From the NCBI GenBank assembly GCA_963761305.1, contig CAVXGK010000002.1, forward strand, positions 2,402,781-2,466,780: DNA of 64,000 nucleotides. The letters are read 5' to 3'. This document shows positions 55,691 through 63,636 of this stretch, one piece after another (the stretch's first letter is position 1; each line of letters begins with the position of its first letter). The notes under the pieces were generated by a model. The model was not told where the DNA came from. It saw nothing but the letters and a program-made list of their open reading frames with translations, and searched no databases. Position numbers and translations under genes: made by a program. This DNA is from an uncultured Gemmatimonadaceae bacterium. GTDB lineage: Bacteria > Gemmatimonadota > Gemmatimonadetes > Gemmatimonadales > Gemmatimonadaceae.

Positions 55691-56785
55691 TCAACTGGCC
55701 TGTTTCACGCGGTCGGCCGCGGCGTTCACCGCGTGCTCGAAGCCGTCGACCATCGCGGTCTCGGCAAAGTCGCGCTGCACGCGCGCGCGTCCCGCGTTCC
55801 CCATCGCCGCGCAGCGCGCGCGGTCGGCGATGAACTCCGCGACGTCCGACGCGGTGTTCGGCGGATCTCCCTGCGCGAGCAAGAGGCCCGTGATGCCGTC
55901 GGCCACGTATTGCTGCGTGAGCATCGAACGCTCGGCGATGACGGGCAGCCGGCACGCCATGGCGTCGAGACAACCAAACGCGCCGGCGTCGCCCTCGGCA
56001 GCGACCCAGCCGATGTTCGAGCCGCGCACCACGGCGCGCGGATCGTCGACGTCGCCGAGAAAGGTCACCGAGGCGTTGACGGCGAGCGCCGACGCGTGCA
56101 TGCGAAGCGCTTCGTCGAGCGAGCCGGGCCCGAACACGACGGCGTGCAATTCGGGATGGCGCGGCGTCAGGAGCGCGAGCGCGCGCAGCACGTTGGCGAT
56201 GCGCGCACGGCCCGTCGGTTCGTACGGACACGCGATGAGCAGCGCGTCGGCGGGAAGCCCGATGTCGGCACGCGGCGCCGGCTCGACCGAATCGAACGAC
56301 GCCGGGTCGACGCCGAGCGGAGCGACGCTCGGCGGAACGGCCCAGCCCTTGAGCGCGGACTCCGTCGCGTCCTTCTCCGACGAGAAAATGAGACCAGACT
56401 TGGCGAGTTTGAGGGCGAGTCGTCCGCCGCGTCTGAGCTCGACGCGCTCGAGCGGCCGCACGTGTCGCAAGATGGCGCCGCGACTCGAGAGCAGGCGCGC
56501 CGACGCGACGACCAGATGATCGCGCTCGCTGGTGACGATCGCGACTTCGATCTGTCGGTGCTCCATGGCGCGGCGCAGATCCCACGAATCGCCGGCGGCG
56601 GAGGCGGACTTCCCCATCGTCACCGCGTCGATGCGCGCGTCGGACGTGCGCGCCGCAAGGCGACTTCCTTCGGCGCAGGCGACGGCGACTTCGTGGCCGC
56701 GCGCGGCGAGTCCTTTCGCGGCGGCCATCACCACGCGGGTCGAGCCCGACCACGTGGCGCTGCTGACGTAGAAGAGGATGCGCAT
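55691..56785 (-). CDS. Glycosyltransferase family 1/4 (GT-B), likely LPS-core related
   Basis: ATG 56785 (MRILFYVSSATWSGSTRVVMAAAKGLAARGHEV..). C-terminal EGDAGAFGCLDAMACRLPVIA. The remainder of the 958-aa ORF is an out-of-frame shadow over msbA. Confidence 0.8.
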   Translation of the reverse strand: MRILFYVSSATWSGSTRVVMAAAKGLAARGHEVAVACAEGSRLAARTSDARIDAVTMGKSASAAGDSWDLRRAMEHRQIEVAIVTSERDHLVVASARLLSSRGAILRHVRPLERVELRRGGRLALKLAKSGLIFSSEKDATESALKGWAVPPSVAPLGVDPASFDSVEPAPRADIGLPADALLIACPYEPTGRARIANVLRALALLTPRHPELHAVVFGPGSLDEALRMHASALAVNASVTFLGDVDDPRAVVRGSNIGWVAAEGDAGAFGCLDAMACRLPVIAERSMLTQQYVADGITGLLLAQGDPPNTASDVAEFIADRARCAAMGNAGRARVQRDFAETAMVDGFEHAVNAAADRVKQAS

Positions 56786-56787
56786 CG

Positions 56788-58689
56788 TCAGACGTCCGCG
56801 GTCACGCGCTCGTCGCGGAACTGGAGCGCGTGCAGGCGATAGTACGCGCCTCGCTCGGCGATCAGTTGGGCGTGCGTGCCGCGCTCGACGATTTGGCCGT
56901 GGTCGAGCACGAGGATCAGGTTCGCGTGCGTGATCGTCGAGAGCCGGTGCGCGATCACGAAGACGGTGCGTCCGGCGAGCAGCCGGTCGACCGCTTCCTG
57001 CACGAGGCGCTCGGATTCGGTGTCGAGCGCGGACGTCGCTTCGTCGAGAATGAGAATCGGCGGATCGACGAGCAGGGCGCGGGCGATGGCGAGACGCTGG
57101 CGCTGCCCGCCGGAGAGCCGTGTGCCGCGCTCGCCGAGCATCGTGTCGTACTGCTGCGGAAGCGCCATGATGAAGTCGTGCGCGTTGGCGGCCCGCGCGG
57201 CCCGCTCGATCTGCTCCTGCGAGAATCGCTCGGCGGACGCGTAGGCGATGTTGTTGCGCACGGAGTCGTTGAACAGCACCGTGTCCTGGCTGACGATGCC
57301 GGTGAGCGAGCGGAGCGACGCGAGCGTGATCTCGCGCGTGTCGACACCGTCTATGCGAATCGCCCCCGCCGTGGGTTCGTAGAACCTCGGAATGAGGTCG
57401 ACGAGCGTGCTCTTCCCCGCGCCGCTGGCGCCGACGAGCGCGACGATCGATCCCTTCGGCGCTTCGAACGCGACGTCGGTGAGCACGGGCTCGGTCTCGT
57501 ACGCGAAGGACACGTCGTCGAACTCGACCGAATGTTCGAACGTCTTCACCGTGCGCGTGCCGCGATCGCGGATGTCCTCGGTCGGCTCGTCCAGGACGTC
57601 GAACAACCGCTCGGCCGCGGCGAGCGACTGTTGCGCGGTGGTCGGCGCCTGCGAGAGCTGCTTGAGCGGCGGCAGCAGCGTCATCACCATCGTCATGAAC
57701 ACGATGAGTGATGCCGCGTCCATGCCGCGGTTCGTCAGCACGTCGACCGCGCCGATCCAGAGGATCAGCACGGCGATCGCCATCCCGATCACCTCGGTGA
57801 GCGGCTGCGACAGCGCCGACACGCGGTTGATGCGGACCATGCCTTCCGAGTAGCGATGGCTCGCGCCGCCGAACCGACCGTCTTCGTAGCGCTCGCCGCG
57901 GAACGACTTCACCAACCGTACGCCGCTGACGACTTCCTGCAACACGCTCGTCGCCTCGCCGAAGTCCGCACGACTCCGCCGATACCCGCGCCGCAAGCGC
58001 TTGAGCACGGGCTGGAGCGCCAGCGTGAGCAACGGAGCGATGATGAGCGACAGCAGCGTCAGCTTGACACTCATCGCGGTCAGGACGGCGATGGTCGCGA
58101 TGATGGTCGCCGCGTTCTGTACAGTGCGCGTCACCAACTCGGTGACGAGCGCCTTCGTCTGGTCGGTGTCGGACAGAATCTTCGATATGACCTGGCCGAC
58201 CTTCGTCCGCTGGAAATAGCGGAGCGGCAGGCGTTGCATGTGCGCGAAGACGGCGTCGCGCATGTCGCGCGTCACGTACTCCTGGAGCGACGCGCCAAAC
58301 TGGCCGGCGAGCCAGACGAACACGTTCTTGACCGCGACGACGATCATGATGACGATGATCACCGCAGCCAACGAGCGTCGTGGGTTGGCCTGGTCGACGA
58401 AGGCGCCGATCACCCATCGTTGCGTCGATTGAATCCAGTTCCCCGCGCTGCCGAAGGAGCTCGGTTGGCGGAACAGCGTGTCGAGGAACGGGACGAGCAG
58501 CGTATAGGAAAACGCACCCAGTGCGGCACCGATCACGTTGCACACGACGTTGCCCGCCATGCGCCACCAGTGCGGCCGCAGGAAGACGAGCAGCCGCCGA
58601 TACTCGGTGAATCGCGGAGGGCGCACAGGCTCGGTGCCGGCGGTGTAGGTCACCGTCGTGGCGTCAAAAGAGCGACCGGCAGAATGCAC
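56788..58689 (-). CDS. msbA: ABC transporter ATP-binding/permease protein, MsbA-like lipid exporter
   Basis: Six-TM exporter domain, Walker A GASGAGKST, signature LSGGQRQRLAIARAL and Walker B ILILDEATSALD. An alternative start at GTG 58626 would remove the overlap with the upstream gene. Confidence 0.88.
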   Translation of the reverse strand: MHSAGRSFDATTVTYTAGTEPVRPPRFTEYRRLLVFLRPHWWRMAGNVVCNVIGAALGAFSYTLLVPFLDTLFRQPSSFGSAGNWIQSTQRWVIGAFVDQANPRRSLAAVIIVIMIVVAVKNVFVWLAGQFGASLQEYVTRDMRDAVFAHMQRLPLRYFQRTKVGQVISKILSDTDQTKALVTELVTRTVQNAATIIATIAVLTAMSVKLTLLSLIIAPLLTLALQPVLKRLRRGYRRSRADFGEATSVLQEVVSGVRLVKSFRGERYEDGRFGGASHRYSEGMVRINRVSALSQPLTEVIGMAIAVLILWIGAVDVLTNRGMDAASLIVFMTMVMTLLPPLKQLSQAPTTAQQSLAAAERLFDVLDEPTEDIRDRGTRTVKTFEHSVEFDDVSFAYETEPVLTDVAFEAPKGSIVALVGASGAGKSTLVDLIPRFYEPTAGAIRIDGVDTREITLASLRSLTGIVSQDTVLFNDSVRNNIAYASAERFSQEQIERAARAANAHDFIMALPQQYDTMLGERGTRLSGGQRQRLAIARALLVDPPILILDEATSALDTESERLVQEAVDRLLAGRTVFVIAHRLSTITHANLILVLDHGQIVERGTHAQLIAERGAYYRLHALQFRDERVTADV

Positions 58690-60212
58690 TCCTCGGGCGT
58701 GACCCCGCCGTGCAGGAACGAGCCGCGATACCGACTCTGATATTCTCGCAGCTTCGTGGGATACACGAAGAATGAGTCACCGGTGGCGAGCAATGAGTTT
58801 GCGCCCATGCCGCGGCGCGGCAGGCGCAGCGAATCTTCGTTGGTGAACAGCAGCGCCTGCTCCGGGTTCTCGGCGCGCAGGTCCTCGCCGAATTTGTAGC
58901 GCAGGTTCTGCGTCGCGTCGCGTTTGGCGAAGACGGTGGCCGGCGTGCGGCAGTGGATCGAGCCGTGGTCGGTGGTGATCAAGACGCGCACGCGTTTGCG
59001 CGACGCCTCCTGCAGCAGCGCGAACAGCGCCGAGCGCCGGAACCATTGCTGCGTGAGCTGGCGGAGGGCGATCTCGTCCCGGGCGACTTCGTATAGAATC
59101 GCCGATTCGGAGCGCCCGTGGGTGAGCAGATCCACAAAGTTGAATACGAACGCCGAGATGCCTTCGGGAGCGATCGCGCGCGCCAGGCGGCGGGCGAGGT
59201 CGTCGCCCTCGGCGGCGGTGGAGATCTTTTCGTAGCGAACGGGCAGCTTGCGATTCAGCTCGACGAGCTGCGCCTCGAGGAGCTGGCGTTCGTGCGCGTT
59301 GAGCGTCTCGTCTTCACGTTCGCCCCACCAGTCGGGGAAGCGGGCGGCGATCTCGCCGGGAAAGAGCCCGCTGAACAGCGCGTTGCGCGAGAACGGCGTC
59401 GCCGTCGGCAAGATGCTGAAGTAGTGCGTCGTCTCGACGTCGAATAGCGGCGCGATGAACGGTTCGAGCGTGCGCCACTGATCGAGTCGCAGGCAGTCGA
59501 TCACAATGAACACCGCCTGCTTCGCCCCGTCGAACATGGGCATGAGGAACTCCGGCACGATGTCGATCGACATCGGCGGCCGGTCGCCCTCGAGGTTCTT
59601 GAGCCACTCCGGGTACGCCCGCTTCATGAAGCCGGCGAATTCGCGTCGCAGATCGGGATAGAGGCCCTGCAGCGATTCGTAGAGCCCCATCTCGTTGGCG
59701 GTGGTGAGCTCGAGGTCCCAGCGTGTGAGCTCGGCGTAGCGGTCGATCCACTGTCGCCAGGTGAGTCCGCGGAACGATTCGGTCTGCATCTCGCGAAACC
59801 GCGTCACGAACTCGCGCGCGACGGCCTGCTGGCGAATGCGCGCGCCCTCGAGCAGTCGCGTGACGGCCGCGTAGACCTGTCGCGGCGAGACAGGCTTCAC
59901 GAGGTAGCCCTCGAGCGCCGCGCCGAGCGCTTCGGTCATCGTCGAGTCTTCTTCGCTCTTCGTGACCATGACGATGGCGAGATTCGGATCGATCTCGCGC
60001 AGCTCGCGGAGCGCGTCGAGACCGCGCCGGCCGGGCATCTGCTCGTCGAGCAGCACCAGGCTGAACGGCCTGCGTCGGACGAGCTCCAGCGCGTCCTCGG
60101 CGTTGGTCACTGTCTCGACCTCGAACCCTTTGTCTCGCAAGAAGATGCGGTGGGGTTCGAGCATCTCCGCCTCGTCGTCGATCCAGAGGACGGACTTCGC
60201 CGGATGCGCCAT
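58650..60212 (-). CDS. PorX-like response regulator: CheY receiver fused to PglZ (alkaline-phosphatase superfamily) domain
   Basis: REC (VLWIDDE, LVLLDEQMPG, MVTKSEE, YLVKP). PglZ-type strings VFIVIDCLRLDQW, ILPTATPFSRNALFSG, FVFNFVDLLTHG, ITTDHGS and GSFLHGGVTPEECILP. 520 aa, as for Bacteroidota PorX. Confidence 0.8.
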   Translation of the reverse strand: MAHPAKSVLWIDDEAEMLEPHRIFLRDKGFEVETVTNAEDALELVRRRPFSLVLLDEQMPGRRGLDALRELREIDPNLAIVMVTKSEEDSTMTEALGAALEGYLVKPVSPRQVYAAVTRLLEGARIRQQAVAREFVTRFREMQTESFRGLTWRQWIDRYAELTRWDLELTTANEMGLYESLQGLYPDLRREFAGFMKRAYPEWLKNLEGDRPPMSIDIVPEFLMPMFDGAKQAVFIVIDCLRLDQWRTLEPFIAPLFDVETTHYFSILPTATPFSRNALFSGLFPGEIAARFPDWWGEREDETLNAHERQLLEAQLVELNRKLPVRYEKISTAAEGDDLARRLARAIAPEGISAFVFNFVDLLTHGRSESAILYEVARDEIALRQLTQQWFRRSALFALLQEASRKRVRVLITTDHGSIHCRTPATVFAKRDATQNLRYKFGEDLRAENPEQALLFTNEDSLRLPRRGMGANSLLATGDSFFVYPTKLREYQSRYRGSFLHGGVTPEECILPVALLTPRR

Positions 60213-60282
60213 GGCCCAAATATATCGGCCGCGTGAGCGGCCAAGCTATCGAAGTGCGTTTGCAAAAGGCACATTGTCAGCG

Positions 60283-60672
60283 ATGCCGAACCCGCCGTAC
60301 GCGGTTCCCGCCACCAGCTTCCGCTTCGCCGCGCTCGCGACGCTCGCCGGCAAGGCGCCGCTCGGCGGCCGGCGTGAGGTGGCGCTCGCCGTGTACCTCG
60401 CGGCTCGGCTGGCCGACGACACGCTGCCCGAGCGCGGAGTGTCTCCCCAGGCGAGAACGGAGCGCGCGACGCATGCGAAGAGCTGGCTGTCGTCGATGGC
60501 GCTGGCGGTGCCGGTCCGATCCGCGCTGGCTCGGTTGATCGAGGCGACGGCAGCGGGACCCGTCGCGGCGGCAACGGCGCTTCCAGCGGTCATCTCGGCG
60601 ACCGGCAGCCATCTCGACACGAGTTCCCGAGCCGAATTGGATCATTTGACCGCGTCTTTGGCCGGCGCTTGA
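60283..60672 (+). CDS. Hypothetical Ala-rich protein
   Basis: ATG 60283, 129 aa, third positions overwhelmingly G/C (coding-like). No motif recognised. Confidence 0.5.
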   Translation: MPNPPYAVPATSFRFAALATLAGKAPLGGRREVALAVYLAARLADDTLPERGVSPQARTERATHAKSWLSSMALAVPVRSALARLIEATAAGPVAAATALPAVISATGSHLDTSSRAELDHLTASLAGA

Positions 60673-60732
60673 TTCTCGCCGTTTTGTCGTCGTCCTTGCT
60701 CTCGGCTGTGCAATCGTGAGTATTGGGACCTC

Positions 60733-61584
60733 ATGACGCGCACGACAGACATCTCGCCACTCTCAGTCCTGCTCTCGCGCGTCGACGCCGTCAGTGACGG
60801 CGCCCCGCCGCCCTCGACTGTCGCCACCGGTTTCGCCAGCGTCGACAAGATGCTCGGCGGCGGCCTGCGCCGCGGCGATCTGGTCGTCATCGGCGGCGAC
60901 ACGGCGAGCGGAAAGTCGGCGCTCGCGCTGGCGTTCGCGATCCGCATGTCGCTCGCGCAGTCGCGGGTGCTGTTCCTGAGCGCCGAGATGTCGGCCGAGC
61001 GTGTGTTGGAGCGCATCATCGCGATGGAAGCGCGCACACGGATCGACGACCTTCGCCAGGGCACGCTCGACGACATGGCGCGCGCGAACGCCGGAACGGT
61101 CGCGCTCAAGCTGCGCGAGACGCTTCCGGTGGTGGACCGTCTCCCATTCGGCGGCGTCGCGGCGATCGCCGCGGTGCTCGACGGCTTGCCGATGACCGAG
61201 GTAATCGTTGTCGACAGCCTGAGCGCGACAGTGTCGGGGCAGGCGGTGTGGGACGACGATTTGGCGCGCGCCGTGAAAGATCTCAAAACGCTGGCGCTCG
61301 AGCGCCAGGTCGTCATCGTGACCACGACGACGATCGCGAGCGCCGGTGCGCGATCGGACCGCCGGCCGCTGCTCGACGACTTCGGCGCCCGCGGCGCGAT
61401 CAAGGAACACGCCGACGTGGTGATGGCGCTCTTCCGCGAGCACATGTATCAACCGGCGCGCGACATCGAAGGCGCGACGGAGCTGCTGGTGCGGAAGAAC
61501 CGCAACGGTCCGACGGGCTACATCGACCTCTATTTCTACGCTCAGTGGATGCGGTTCGAGGATATGCTGGATCCGGAGAGGTGA
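60733..61584 (+). CDS. DnaB-family helicase C-terminal (RecA-like) domain protein lacking the DnaB N-terminal domain
   Basis: TGFASVDKMLGGGLRRGDLVVIGGDTASGKSALAL (Walker A), VIVVDSLS (Walker B), GAIKEHADVVMALFRE and LLVRKNRNGPTGYIDLYF..RFED all track the DnaB C-domain. Only 283 aa. Confidence 0.8.
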   Translation: MTRTTDISPLSVLLSRVDAVSDGAPPPSTVATGFASVDKMLGGGLRRGDLVVIGGDTASGKSALALAFAIRMSLAQSRVLFLSAEMSAERVLERIIAMEARTRIDDLRQGTLDDMARANAGTVALKLRETLPVVDRLPFGGVAAIAAVLDGLPMTEVIVVDSLSATVSGQAVWDDDLARAVKDLKTLALERQVVIVTTTTIASAGARSDRRPLLDDFGARGAIKEHADVVMALFREHMYQPARDIEGATELLVRKNRNGPTGYIDLYFYAQWMRFEDMLDPER

Positions 61585-61655
61585 GGGGTGCGGAGGCGGT
61601 GTGCGGAGAAGCGCCGCTATCTGACGTTGGTCTCCGTACTCCGCCACCGCACCCC
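61585..61655 (+). terminator. Long imperfect hairpin built from CCGCAC-family words (possible terminator)
   Basis: Left arm ggggtgcggaggcggtgtgcggag (61585-61608) and right arm ctccgtactccgccaccgcacccc (61632-61655), 24-nt arms with 3 mismatches. Starts at the base after the stop 61582-61584. No U-tract. Confidence 0.45.
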
Positions 61656-61706
61656 GTCCCCGTCGCGACCTATATTTCAGGCCGAACCTTCTGCCCGGTT
61701 TGCGCT

Positions 61707-62456
61707 ATGGCTGGCCACAGCAAATGGAAGCAAATCAAGCACTACAAGGCGGCCACGGACGCCAAGCGCGGCGCGCTGTTCACCAAGCTGATCCGCGAGA
61801 TCACGATGGCCGCCAAGATCGGCGGCGGGGATCCGGGCGGTAATCCGCGCCTTCGCCTCGCCATCGACACAGCGCGGTCCAACTCGATGCCGAAGGAGAA
61901 CATCGAGCGCGCGGTCAAGAAGGGGACAGGCGAACTGGAAGGCGTCGACTACCGCGAGGTCACGTACGAAGGTTTCGGTCCGGGCGGCGTCGCCCTGCTG
62001 ATCGACGCGGTGACCGACAATCCCACGCGCACCGTCGCCGAAGTCCGCAGCAAGATGACTCGGCTCGGCGGCAACCTCGGCGCGCCGAATTCGGTGGCGT
62101 GGATGTTCGAGAAGAAGGGCCAGATCTACGTCGAGGCGTCGACGATCGGCGAAGACGCACTGATGGAAGCGGCGCTCGACGCCGGCGCCGAAGACGTGGC
62201 GCGCGAAGACGAGCGATTCCTCGTGTCGACGGCTCCGCCCGACCTTCATTTAGTGCAAGAGCGACTCGTGAAAGCGGGGATCAAGATCGCCGAAGCCGAG
62301 CTGGCGATGGTGCCCAAGAACACGGTGAACGTGGGCGGCAAGGACGGCGACGCGTTGCTCAAGCTGCTCGAGACGATCGAAGAGCTCGACGATGTGCAGA
62401 AAGTCTGGGCCAACTTCGACATGGACGTGACCGAGATGGCGCGGAGCAACGGGTGA
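61707..62456 (+). CDS. YebC/PmpR family DNA-binding transcriptional regulator
   Basis: MAGHSKWKQIKHYKAATDAKRGALFTKLIREI, NPRLRLAIDTARSNSMPKENIERAVKKG and YEGFGPGGVALL. Confidence 0.93.
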   Translation: MAGHSKWKQIKHYKAATDAKRGALFTKLIREITMAAKIGGGDPGGNPRLRLAIDTARSNSMPKENIERAVKKGTGELEGVDYREVTYEGFGPGGVALLIDAVTDNPTRTVAEVRSKMTRLGGNLGAPNSVAWMFEKKGQIYVEASTIGEDALMEAALDAGAEDVAREDERFLVSTAPPDLHLVQERLVKAGIKIAEAELAMVPKNTVNVGGKDGDALLKLLETIEELDDVQKVWANFDMDVTEMARSNG

Positions 62457-62481
62457 CACGAGTGAGACGCGACTCGGCCCG

Positions 62482-63020
62482 GTGATCGTCCTCGGGATCG
62501 ATCCGGGCACGGCGAACACCGGCTACGGTGTCGTGAAGGGGGGGGAGACGGCCCCGACATGGGTTCCGTCTCCCTTGTCGAATGTGGTGTCATCCGAACG
62601 AACCCCCGCCACGAGCTCGCGAGCCGGCTGCGCGACATCCACGAAGGCGTCGTCGAGCTGATCGAGCGGCACAAGCCGAACGCGTTGTGCGTGGAAGACG
62701 TCTTCTACGCGAAGAACGTGCGAACGACCGTGGTGCTCGGACACGCGCGCGGCGTCGTGCTGCTCGCCGGGTGTAGCGCCGGTCTCGAGATCCTCGAGCT
62801 TCCACCGGCTGAGATCAAGAAGGCGATCGTCGGCACGGGCGCGGCGACGAAGGAGCAAGTGCAGTTCATGCTCACGCGCCTGCTGCGGTTGAAATCCGCG
62901 CCGCAGCCGACCGACGCGTCGGACGGCGTCGCGGCGGCGATCGCGGGACTGGTCTCCGCACACCGCCTCCGCACGCTGGCGCGAGTCGCGCCCGGTCTCG
63001 CCCGCGGTCTCGCCACATGA
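62482..63020 (+). CDS. ruvC: Crossover junction endodeoxyribonuclease RuvC (frame break in G8 tract 62538-62545)
   Basis: GTG 62482 gives VIVLGIDPGTANTGYGVV (catalytic Asp motif) in frame 1. The rest (SLVECGVIRT.., CVEDVFYAKNVRTTVVLGHARG, KKAIVGTGAATKEQV, SDGVAAAI) is in frame 3. Reading the G8 run as G9 restores one ORF. Confidence 0.85.
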
Positions 63021-63616
63021 TCTCTCATGTAAGTGGGACGCTGGTCGCCAAAGAGCTGGATCGCGTCGAGATCATGACGGCGGGCGGCGTGGCCTACGAA
63101 CTGTCGATTCCGCTCAACGTCTACGAGTCGTTGCCGCGCGCCGGCGAACCCGCGTCGCTGCACACGTATCTCGTCGTGAAGGACGACGGCTGGCAACTGT
63201 ACGGATTCTCGACGTCGCACGAGCGGCGCGTGTTTCAGCGCGTGCTCGACGCCAAGGGTGTGGGCCCTTCTCTCGCGCTGGGCCTGCTGTCGACGCTCAC
63301 CGCCGACCGCCTCGTTCGCGCGTTGCGCGACAAGGACTTGGCAACGTTGCAGAGTGTGCCGCGCGTAGGAAGGAAGAAGGCCGAACAACTCATTCTGGAT
63401 CTCGCCGACAAGCTCGACGACCTGCATGTTTCCGCTCCCGGCGGGCGACCGTCAGGCGGAGTACCCGGCGCGGAGGATGGCATTCGCGCGCTCGTGTCGT
63501 TGGGCTACTCGACCCCCGACGCCGAACGCGCGGTCAAAGCGGCGCTCGACGACGGGGCGCGACCCGGCGACGCGGCGGATCTCATCCGGCGCGCGCTCGG
63601 CAAGATTCGAGGCTAA
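63017..63616 (+). CDS. ruvA: Holliday junction DNA helicase subunit RuvA
   Basis: ATGA overlap with ruvC. MISHVSGTLV.., GVAYELSIP, F..L..KGVGPSLALGLLS, LQSVPRVGRKKAEQLILDL and LVSLGYS. Confidence 0.92.
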   Translation: MISHVSGTLVAKELDRVEIMTAGGVAYELSIPLNVYESLPRAGEPASLHTYLVVKDDGWQLYGFSTSHERRVFQRVLDAKGVGPSLALGLLSTLTADRLVRALRDKDLATLQSVPRVGRKKAEQLILDLADKLDDLHVSAPGGRPSGGVPGAEDGIRALVSLGYSTPDAERAVKAALDDGARPGDAADLIRRALGKIRG

Positions 63617-63636
63617 CCGCAGGACGGAGACGACAC

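Noticed and set aside
56786-58567. N-terminal about 590 aa of the 958-aa ORF 55691-58567
   Set aside because: Out-of-frame overlap with the clearly genuine MsbA-like ORF. Only the C-terminal 364 aa from ATG 56785 read as a GT1 enzyme.
58650-60212. PglZ domain considered as part of a BREX/DISARM-type defence system
   Set aside because: It is fused to a CheY receiver and is of PorX size. No PglX methyltransferase, BrxA/B/C/L or other defence genes are nearby.
60268-60281. GGCAC-N8-GC pattern upstream of ORF 60283
   Set aside because: Lacks the TT of the -12 element and ends only 2 nt before the ATG, leaving no room for a leader or RBS.
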